This document shows, piece after piece, positions 7,430 through 19,835 of a stretch of 49,086 bases of DNA. Position numbers and translations under genes: made by a program. The notes beneath the pieces are model-generated. The model did no database searches. It had not been told where the DNA came from and saw only the letters and a program-made list of their open reading frames with translations. Source of the stretch: Pseudomonadota bacterium (GTDB lineage Bacteria > Pseudomonadota > Gammaproteobacteria > Steroidobacterales > Steroidobacteraceae). Position 1 is the first letter of the stretch. Each line of letters starts with the position of its first letter. Where the stretch lies: contig CANGFJ010000001.1 of assembly GCA_947453065.1 (NCBI GenBank), positions 1-49,086 of the forward strand, written 5' to 3'.

Positions 7430-9262
7430 ATGCGTCTTGCCCGAGTGTCCTGTGTCGCGGCCGCAGTGGCGGCCCTCGTGGCCTGCGCCCCGAAGCCCGC
7501 CGTCCCTCCCGCACTGCAGGAGAGCGCCCCCGCCTTCGTGGCACGCCTGAACCAGGAACTGGGCGCCCTGTCGGACGAGCGCAATGCCGCCGACTGGGTC
7601 CAATCCACCTACATCACGGGCGACACCCAACTGCTCCACGCCCGGGCCAACGAGCGCTACCTGGCGTATTTCAGCCGTGCCGCCGAACAAGCCAGACAGT
7701 ACGAAGGCCAGACCCTCGACACCGCCACGGCCCGGTCGCTCGCCCTGCTCACACTGGGCGAATCGGGGCCCGCCCCCAGCGACCCCGCCAAGCGCAGCGA
7801 GCTGGCCACGCTGGCCACCCGCCTGGAGGCCACCTATGGCGAGGCCAAGTACTGCGTCGCAAAGGGCGGCGCCCAGCACTGCCGCAACATTGACGAGCTC
7901 TCCGACACCCTGGCTACCAGCCGTGACTACGACGCACTGACCGAGGCCTGGGCGGGCTGGCACAGCACCGCGCGCCCCATGCGCCAGGACTATGCCCGCT
8001 TCGTGGAGCTGGCCAATGAAGGCGCCCGCGAGCTGGGCTATGCCGATCTGGGTGCCCTGTGGCGCTCGGGCTACGACATGACCCCGGCGGCCTTCGACAC
8101 CGAAGTCGAGCGCCTCTGGTCGCAGGTGCAGCCGCTGTATGCGCAGCTGCACTGCTACGCGCGCACGCAACTGGCGCACAAATATGGCGAGCGCAAAGTG
8201 CCCGCTGGCAAGCCGATCCCGGCGCAGCTGTTCGGTAACCTCTGGGCCCAGCAGTGGAACAAGATCTACGACGACATCCTGCAGCCCTATCCGGCCGTAG
8301 CACCGGTCAATGTCGACAAGGCACTCAAGGCCCAGCACTACGACGCGGTGCGCATGACGCGTTCGGCCGAGGCGTTCTATACGTCGCTGGGCTTCCCCGC
8401 CCTGCCGCAGACCTTCTGGCAGCGCTCAATGCTGACCCGCCCGCGGGACCGCGAAGTGGTCTGCCACGCCAGCGCGTGGCAGATGGACCGGGACGAGGAC
8501 GTGCGCATCAAACAGTGCATCACGCCCGATGAAGAAGAGCTGGAGACCATCTACCACGAGATGGGCCATGTGTATTACGACCTGGCCTATCGCAAGCAGC
8601 CTTATCTTTTCCAGAATGGCGCGCACGACGGCTTTCACGAGGCCATCGGCGACACCATCGTGCTGTCGATGACGCCGGCTTACCTGGCCAGCATCCAGCT
8701 GGCGCCGCCCGTGCGCCCCTCACACGAGGCGGTTATCAACGCGCAGATGAAGATGGCCGCGGATCGCATTGCCTTCCTGCCCTTCGGCAAGCTGATCGAC
8801 CAGTGGCGCTGGCAGGTGTTCTCGGGGCAGATCAAGCCCGAGGACTACAACAAGGCCTGGTGGGCGCTGCGGCAGAAGTACCAGGGCATCGCGCCGCCGG
8901 TGGCGCGCAGCGAGGCGGATTTTGACCCGGGGGCCAAGTACCACATCCCGGGCAACACGCCGTACACGCGCTATTTCCTGGCGTTCATCCTGCAGTTCCA
9001 GTTCCACAAGGCGCTGTGCGATGCCTCCGGGTTCAAGGGCCCGCTACATGAGTGCTCGATATTCGGCAGCGCCGAGGCCGGCAAGCGCTTCCAGGCCATG
9101 CTGGCAGACGGGCGGAGCGTGCCCTGGCCTGACACCCTCGAAAAGCTGACAGGTTCACGGCACATGGATGCCGGCGCGATCCTGGCCTATTTCGAGCCGC
9201 TGATGGGCTGGCTGCAGTCGCGCAACACAGGCCAGCAGTGTGGCTGGGAGAGCGAAGGCTAG
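7430..9262 (+). CDS. M2-family peptidyl-dipeptidase (angiotensin-converting-enzyme-like) lipoprotein
   Basis: [33 protein letters not shown] is almost identical in pattern to the ACE zinc site (HEMGH ... HEAIGD). Start set to the second ATG (7430), because GGAGG lies 8 nt upstream inside the first candidate codons. Signal peptide with lipobox LVAC. Confidence 0.9.
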   Translation: MRLARVSCVAAAVAALVACAPKPAVPPALQESAPAFVARLNQELGALSDERNAADWVQSTYITGDTQLLHARANERYLAYFSRAAEQARQYEGQTLDTATARSLALLTLGESGPAPSDPAKRSELATLATRLEATYGEAKYCVAKGGAQHCRNIDELSDTLATSRDYDALTEAWAGWHSTARPMRQDYARFVELANEGARELGYADLGALWRSGYDMTPAAFDTEVERLWSQVQPLYAQLHCYARTQLAHKYGERKVPAGKPIPAQLFGNLWAQQWNKIYDDILQPYPAVAPVNVDKALKAQHYDAVRMTRSAEAFYTSLGFPALPQTFWQRSMLTRPRDREVVCHASAWQMDRDEDVRIKQCITPDEEELETIYHEMGHVYYDLAYRKQPYLFQNGAHDGFHEAIGDTIVLSMTPAYLASIQLAPPVRPSHEAVINAQMKMAADRIAFLPFGKLIDQWRWQVFSGQIKPEDYNKAWWALRQKYQGIAPPVARSEADFDPGAKYHIPGNTPYTRYFLAFILQFQFHKALCDASGFKGPLHECSIFGSAEAGKRFQAMLADGRSVPWPDTLEKLTGSRHMDAGAILAYFEPLMGWLQSRNTGQQCGWESEG

Positions 9263-9271
9263 CGCCCCCGC

Positions 9272-9619
9272 TCAGGGTGAGTCATCGGGCCAGTGGAACC
9301 GGTGCAGCAGTCGGTGCAGCACCGGGGTAAACATGAGCGCTGCGGTAATGAGGAACACCAGGCCGGCATAGAGCGCGTAGAGACCGGCGAACAGCTTGCC
9401 GGCGTCGGTTTTCGGCGCATCCACCGGCCCCATGCCACCGAGCAGCATCGTTGCGTTCAGAAATGCATCGATGGCCGACAGCTGCTCCCAGTACATGTAG
9501 CCAGCCATGCCAATCGCGACCGACCCCACCAGCAGCAACACCGCTGACAGGCCATGCCAGGCCAGCCTCCGGAGAAATCCGGCGCTGGGCAAGGGACGCT
9601 GCTGGTGGCTCTCGTACAT
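9272..9619 (-). CDS. 115-aa two-TM pore-loop (K+-channel-like) membrane protein with degenerate selectivity filter
   Basis: TM1 (LSAVLLLVGSVAIGMAGYMYW), then a pore-helix-like SAIDAFLNATMLLGGMGPVD, then TM2 (GKLFAGLYALYAGLVFLITAALMF). It aligns by eye to the KcsA pore module (WWSVETATTVGYGDLYPVTLWGR...), with TVGYGD replaced by LLGGMGP. Only 11 nt downstream of the preceding gene. Confidence 0.55.
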   Translation of the reverse strand: MYESHQQRPLPSAGFLRRLAWHGLSAVLLLVGSVAIGMAGYMYWEQLSAIDAFLNATMLLGGMGPVDAPKTDAGKLFAGLYALYAGLVFLITAALMFTPVLHRLLHRFHWPDDSP

Positions 9620-9630
9620 CGTGGAACGCC

Positions 9631-10695
9631 TTACTTGTCGTACGCCAGGTGCTGCTGGGCTGCCTTCAGGTCACAGGGCGGGTTTTTGGCGAAGGTGAAG
9701 TCCGGCATCTTGGCAAACGTCCCTTGTCCCGACCGCGTCTGCGTGAAGTACTCGGGGTCTTCCTGCGTATAAGACAGGCTGAGGCTCAAACCGCCGTTGG
9801 TCAGCTGGTAACGCTCGACGATTTTCTTGCTTGCACTGGAATCGATACCCGCACCGTTGCCCCAGGGTGCTGCGTTGAACCCGTTGGTCTCGACCACGAG
9901 CGTGCCATCCGGCTCGAAATGCCCGACGGAATAGCCCATCGGGTTTGGCTTGAAGTTCGCCGGCGGCGTTTTGCCCTTGAGGTGGATGACGCGCGTGGAC
10001 TCGTTGAACTGCTCTTTCTCGATGACGATTCGGTCGCTGTAGCGGGTCCACTTGTATTCGTACACCGCCATCAGCAGATAGGGCAGCGTCGCGGGAATGC
10101 AGCGCAACGTCGGGTTGTCGTCTTCTTTATAGCCGGCAACCTGAGCCCTGGCCTTGGCGGTGTAAGGGCCGTCTTTCGACGGCGCTGGCGTGCCCAGCAG
10201 GATGCGCTGGCGAACCTGCTCGGGCGTGCCGGGGAACACATACTTCCAGTTGCCGGAGAAGTCGGTGGACGCCTTGACCGGCGGCTTCGGCGCGTTCGGA
10301 TCGACTGGCGGCTGACCCACGGAATAGACAATGCGGCCCGTGGGCAGCACCACATGGTCCATAAGCGCAAAGTGCTTGTCGGCTTCACGGTGCTTGTTCA
10401 CGACCAGCAGCAGCTCATCGCCTTCCTTGACCGTGTCTTTTGCCCAGCCGGCGTGCGAGAGCCCGGAGATCGAATGGCCCTCGAAGGTCCACTCTTCGAC
10501 CTGCCCCCGGTCGTTGACCACGTTGCCGACGAGAAAGACGTGCGGATTGGTCCAGCGCACCTTGGTGATCTTCGCCTTCATCTCGGACTTCACGTCGAGC
10601 TGGAAGGCGGCGCGCGAATGGTGCGCCGTGGCCGGCAGGGCCAGGGCGAGCGACACGGCAGCGACAAGGGCTGCCAGGATGGGCTTCTGGGTCAT
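9631..10695 (-). CDS. secreted protein, DUF6152-like N-terminal domain with about 230-aa uncharacterised extension
   Basis: Signal peptide MTQKPILAALVAAVSLALALPATA, then HHSRAAF...KITKVRWTNPHVFL...EEWTFEG, which resembles the small DUF6152 family. The rest has no motif I recognise. Confidence 0.65.
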   Translation of the reverse strand: MTQKPILAALVAAVSLALALPATAHHSRAAFQLDVKSEMKAKITKVRWTNPHVFLVGNVVNDRGQVEEWTFEGHSISGLSHAGWAKDTVKEGDELLLVVNKHREADKHFALMDHVVLPTGRIVYSVGQPPVDPNAPKPPVKASTDFSGNWKYVFPGTPEQVRQRILLGTPAPSKDGPYTAKARAQVAGYKEDDNPTLRCIPATLPYLLMAVYEYKWTRYSDRIVIEKEQFNESTRVIHLKGKTPPANFKPNPMGYSVGHFEPDGTLVVETNGFNAAPWGNGAGIDSSASKKIVERYQLTNGGLSLSLSYTQEDPEYFTQTRSGQGTFAKMPDFTFAKNPPCDLKAAQQHLAYDK

Positions 10696-10756
10696 GGATC
10701 CCCCGATCGGTGTTATTTGACGGGGACTCTAGCAGAGGGGAAAAACCGATGCCGGA

Positions 10757-11449
10757 TCAGCCCTGGGGAACACCGTTCGCGCCGAACAGCCAGCCGCGAT
10801 GCGCGAACAGCCGGCGCAGCAGCGTCACCACCAGGAGCGATAACGCCGCAGCGCAAAGCACGTCGCTGAGGTAATGAGCCGTGACCACCACGCGGGTCAG
10901 GCCGATCAGCAACCCAGTGACCATGAGTAGGCGCCGATAGCACGGGGCCAAGGCCGCCAGCGCAAAACACGCGGCAGTGGCACAGGCCGTATGACCTGAG
11001 GGGAACGACTGATAGACGTTCGACAGGCGCAGGAAGAAGAAACCGTAGATGCCATCATTGAGCCAGAGGCCCGGACGGGCCCGGCCCACCAGTGCCTTGA
11101 CCACATCGACCAGCAAGCCCGATGCAGCAATGCTGACGAACACGAACAGCGCACGGGTGGCAAGCCCGGGCCGCCGCAACAGGTAGCGGGCAACGAGGAA
11201 CACCAGCGCAGGCGGGCCCAGGGACCACGGCACCTCGCCCAGATGCGTCAGCCAGGCTGCGACCTCGAAGAGCGGCCCGCGGTGGGTTGCGAAGAGTTGC
11301 GTGACCTGGCGATCGAGCGCGAGGACCAGCAACAGGATCAAGGCTGTGAAGACCGCAAGGTTCCAGGGATTGGGGAAACCACCCGGCCGGTCGGCCTGAA
11401 ACTCGCGCACGCTCTCATCATCCCGTCGCACGCCACCTGGCGCGGTCAT
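10757..11449 (-). CDS. PAP2-superfamily membrane phosphatase
   Basis: Three PAP2 motifs: KALVGRARP, SFPSGH, TRVVVTAHYLSD. Multiple TM helices. Confidence 0.8.
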   Translation of the reverse strand: MTAPGGVRRDDESVREFQADRPGGFPNPWNLAVFTALILLLVLALDRQVTQLFATHRGPLFEVAAWLTHLGEVPWSLGPPALVFLVARYLLRRPGLATRALFVFVSIAASGLLVDVVKALVGRARPGLWLNDGIYGFFFLRLSNVYQSFPSGHTACATAACFALAALAPCYRRLLMVTGLLIGLTRVVVTAHYLSDVLCAAALSLLVVTLLRRLFAHRGWLFGANGVPQG

Positions 11450-11487
11450 AGCGTAGTGCAGGGAGATTGCGACCGAATGACGCTGCG

Positions 11488-11778
11488 TCAGCGCAGGAGG
11501 CCCAACAGCAAGTTCACCACCGAGACATTGACCAGCACACTCGCCCAGAAGGCCACGAGAAAGGATCGCTTGCCGGTCTTGTGCCGCAGCATCCGCTGCG
11601 CGAGCAGGCCGCCCGGCCAGCCGCCCAGCAAGCCCAGCAGCAACAGCCGCCGCTCCGGCGTGCGCCAGCGACCGGAAGCTGCCGCCGCCTTATCGAGCGC
11701 GTAAGCCACATAGGTGACGAGGCTTGCGGCCCCATAGAGCCACAGCACAGTGCGCGCCACCTCGCTCATGGCCTGCAC
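11488..11778 (-). CDS. DUF1294 small membrane protein
   Basis: YALDKAAAASGRWRTPERRLLLLGLLGGWPGGLLAQRMLRHKTGKRSF is the characteristic DUF1294 core. Confidence 0.75.
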   Translation of the reverse strand: MQAMSEVARTVLWLYGAASLVTYVAYALDKAAAASGRWRTPERRLLLLGLLGGWPGGLLAQRMLRHKTGKRSFLVAFWASVLVNVSVVNLLLGLLR

Positions 11779-11963
11779 GACCGCAGCGTGTGCATCGTCC
11801 TGACGTCACGCCAGGTGCAAACCTTGGCCAGGGGAACTGATTTCTTTGCCAACTGCGATCCCTACTGCACGCGCACCACGGGACGCAAGGTTACGCGTCG
11901 ATCCGCCTGGTAGGTGATCTTCTGGCGCGGCAGCGCCGGCAGGCGCGCGGCGGGGGCGAGCGC

Positions 11964-11969
11964 TAGAAT
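11964..11969 (+). promoter_or_regulatory. candidate -10 hexamer (TAGAAT) 7 nt upstream of the uvrA-like ATG; possible leaderless transcript
   Basis: TAGAAT at 11964-11969, ATG at 11976. No Shine-Dalgarno between them (cacgcc). No convincing -35. Confidence 0.3.
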
Positions 11970-11975
11970 CACGCC

Positions 11976-17451
<5,476 letters not shown>

Positions 17452-17462
<11 letters not shown>

Positions 17463-17748
17463 CATAGATTGCTGGAAATGCGGCGCTTCGCTGGCAGCGA
17501 TGGCGTTGCCGTTTGGCAGGCAGGAACGCTGCAAGGCCTGCGGGACGGACCTGCATTGCTGCAGGCTGTGTGCACACTACGACCCGCGCGCCTATCAGCA
17601 GTGCCGCGAGTCCACCGTGGAAGAAGTGCGCAACAAGGAACGCGCGAACTTCTGTGACCACTACACGCCCGTAGCGGGCACGTTCAAGGGCACCGACACC
17701 GCAGCCGACGCGGCGCGCAGCGAACTGGACAAGCTATTCGGCAACTAG
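17452..17748 (+). CDS. 98-aa Cys-rich zinc-ribbon-like protein, translationally coupled to the tandem UvrA gene
   Basis: The ATG at 17452 is preceded by GGGAGA (5-nt spacer) and overlaps the uvrA-like 3' end by 11 nt. Nine Cys: CWKC-x16-CKAC, then CCRLC, C51, and CDH. Confidence 0.6.
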
Positions 17749-19013
17749 TGCCGTGAGTCGCCCAGCTTTTGCGTCAGCGCCCCCAGCAGGCGCGTGAAGC
17801 GCATCCCAGCCTTCTTGGGTGCCGGCGCCAGGGCAGCGCGCCGGCGCAGGCCAGAGTCGTCCAACAGCGCCTTGGCGTCGTCCAGCGTCAGCGTGTCGGC
17901 ACCCAGCATTTCCAGCGTAGAGTCCAGCGGCGCTGACTGACCCGGCTCGGCCTTGCGCACCATCACGCGCTTGCCCGTCGGCTTCTTGCCGATGGCCATC
18001 GTCTTGGGCAGCGGCGCAGTAGAGGGCAGGTTGACCTTGGCGCCGACCGGAGCCGGGGCATCACCCAGATCCCGTTTCGGCGGCGACGGCGTGTCATCAG
18101 CGAGCAGTTCGAAGTCGGCAGACTTGCGCAGGGTGCTCTCCACCAGCGGTGCCGGGTGCAGCTCTGGCAGCGGGTGTGATCCGGTGGCCTCGCCCTTGGC
18201 GCGTTCCCGTTCCTTGAGGGCCACGGGCACCACGACCACGGAGGAGTAGTCGATGCGCAGCGAGTAGGCGATCTGTTTGGCCGCCTGGACGTCGGTAAAG
18301 AAGCCCAGGCGCAGCCCATACCAGCGGCGACCCTGGCGGCTGCCTTCGACGTGGTACAGCGTGTAGGCGCTGAACACCACAGGCTGTGGCAAGCGGGTCA
18401 TGTCAATCGGCGTGACCGACCACAGCAGCTGCACCGCGAAGCACGGAGCTGCCCGATTCTGCGTATCCAGCGAAATATCGCGCAGCGCCTGCGTGTCATC
18501 CGGCGTGATCATGCGGATGGCCGAATCGGCGACCGTCGCACGCGGGGGTTTGTCCTCAAGCAAGCGCAACGTCTGCGTGGCGCTCAGCTCGGCTTCCTGC
18601 TGTTCGAGTTGCGCGATGACTTCACGCACGTTGGACATCTGGTTGAGCGTGTTGTCGCAATCGGCACTTGACGGTGCAGGCGCCGGCGCTGCAACGGCTT
18701 CGGCGACAATGCTGCGCACGGCAGGCCGATTGCCCGGCGCAGGGCCGGCCCAGGCGGCCGGGTACACCTCGCGCGCTGCGGCAAGCAGGGCATCAGCCTC
18801 TGCCTGCGTATCGAAATAGCCCATGTGCAGGCGGAAGCGATCTCGACCGTCTTCGCGGCGACGCGTGACAAAGAAGGTATAGCGCTGCAATTCGGGTGTG
18901 GCGGGATGCGCCAGCGCCACCGGCGTGGTGGAGGCACAGAGGTTGATGACGAACATCGGCGCCTCGGGAACCGGGGGCACCCCGTCCATCGATTCAGCGG
19001 CATTCGCGCTCAT
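17745..19013 (-). CDS. protein with two SPOR-like repeats and a Pro/Ala-rich C-terminal half
   Basis: Two similar modules: FVINLCASTTPVAL...YTFFVTRRREDGRDRFRLHMGYFDTQAEADALL and FAVQLLWSVTPIDM...YTLYHVEGSRQGRRWYGLRLGFFTDVQAAKQIA. Start set to ATG 19013 (MSANAA), with GGAGA 10 nt upstream. The track start at 19052 is less likely. Confidence 0.6.
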   Translation of the reverse strand: MSANAAESMDGVPPVPEAPMFVINLCASTTPVALAHPATPELQRYTFFVTRRREDGRDRFRLHMGYFDTQAEADALLAAAREVYPAAWAGPAPGNRPAVRSIVAEAVAAPAPAPSSADCDNTLNQMSNVREVIAQLEQQEAELSATQTLRLLEDKPPRATVADSAIRMITPDDTQALRDISLDTQNRAAPCFAVQLLWSVTPIDMTRLPQPVVFSAYTLYHVEGSRQGRRWYGLRLGFFTDVQAAKQIAYSLRIDYSSVVVVPVALKERERAKGEATGSHPLPELHPAPLVESTLRKSADFELLADDTPSPPKRDLGDAPAPVGAKVNLPSTAPLPKTMAIGKKPTGKRVMVRKAEPGQSAPLDSTLEMLGADTLTLDDAKALLDDSGLRRRAALAPAPKKAGMRFTRLLGALTQKLGDSRH

Positions 19014-19104
19014 AGGTACTCGTTCTCCACAGCCTTGTAACAGCGAGTACAACGGCGGCGAGACACGGGTCTGGGTACTTCAGAAAGGCGCGATTGCGCA
19101 AACA

Positions 19105-19127
19105 ACAGTCGACCACCTGGTCACTGT
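19105..19127. promoter_or_regulatory. imperfect 23-bp palindrome in the long leader upstream of the SPOR-like gene
   Basis: ACAGTCGACCA-CC-TGGTCACTGT, with 10-nt arms and one bulged base, about 80-115 nt upstream of ATG 19013. It could be an operator or an RNA hairpin. Confidence 0.3.
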
Positions 19128-19307
19128 CATCGAGGCAACCCCGCTGTCCTGGGAGCCTTGCTCCTGTAGACCGGTGGCTTTGCGTCCCCGCCTTTCGACG
19201 AGTTTGCCGTTGTCACGAAAGGGAGTGTCTGCGCTCGGCGACGGAGCGTCAAGGCGCAAGGCCGGTACTGCGTCTCGAACTGTATCTTCCGCAAGGAGCG
19301 CGGAGTT

Positions 19308-19835
19308 TTACTTAAAATCCGACCAGTACCGCCCTCCGCCGGCGAAGCGAAGGGCGAAGGACCGGTCCTTGAGGTTGCCGATCCGCACCGGGCTACCGGC
19401 ACGCGGCGCGTGGACAAAGCGCGCTTGCCCGACATAGATGCCCACATGGTCAACGAGCAGGCGCGGGCCCATGGTGAAAAACACCAGATCACCCGGCAGC
19501 AGATCAGCCTGATCCAGAGGCACGCTCTCTTGACGCTGCTGCAGGGCAGTTCGGGGGAGATCAAGGCCCAGCTGCTGGTGAACGAACAGCGCCAGTCCTG
19601 AACAGTCGAAACCCTGCGGCGAATTGCCGCCGTAGCGATAAGGCTGACCCAGCTGCGCAGAGGCCAGTTCCGCCACCGCATCACCGCGGCTGCGTTCAGG
19701 CACCACTTGCCGCTGTGTGTCGGGCAGATCGGCATGGCCAGCCATCGGACCTGGTGCCGTGGCGCAGGCCGACAACAGCAGCAGGAGCCCCAGCAGGACC
19801 CCGTGCTGCAGTTCAGCCCGCAGCGGCCGTCGCAT
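19308..19835 (-). CDS. NlpC/P60 (C40) cell-wall peptidase lipoprotein
   Basis: Lipobox LLLSAC. Catalytic Cys context GFDCSGL and His context VDHVGIYVG. Confidence 0.85.
   Translation of the reverse strand: MRRPLRAELQHGVLLGLLLLLSACATAPGPMAGHADLPDTQRQVVPERSRGDAVAELASAQLGQPYRYGGNSPQGFDCSGLALFVHQQLGLDLPRTALQQRQESVPLDQADLLPGDLVFFTMGPRLLVDHVGIYVGQARFVHAPRAGSPVRIGNLKDRSFALRFAGGGRYWSDFK

Noticed and set aside
5938-7893. 651-aa plus-strand ORF across ygiQ and the start of the M2 peptidase gene
   Set aside because: It is antisense to ygiQ (radical SAM motifs on the other strand) and out of frame with the peptidase. The composition is low-complexity.
11779-11975. Search for a LexA/SOS box upstream of the uvrA-like gene; also the 8-bp palindrome TGACGTCA near 11811
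   Set aside because: No CTGT-N8-ACAG-type motif is present. The 8-bp palindrome is too short to be meaningful on its own.
19144-19177. Glycine-riboswitch-like words on the minus strand (CACCG...GGAGCAA...CUCCCAGGACAG)
   Set aside because: The resemblance is only partial. The spacing between ACCG and GGAGCAA is wrong, there is no second aptamer or P1 pairing, and the downstream gene is unrelated to glycine metabolism.
19270-19285. tRNA T-loop-like GTTCGAGAC on the minus strand
   Set aside because: There is no flanking 5-bp T-stem complementarity and no acceptor or anticodon arms. It is not a tRNA.
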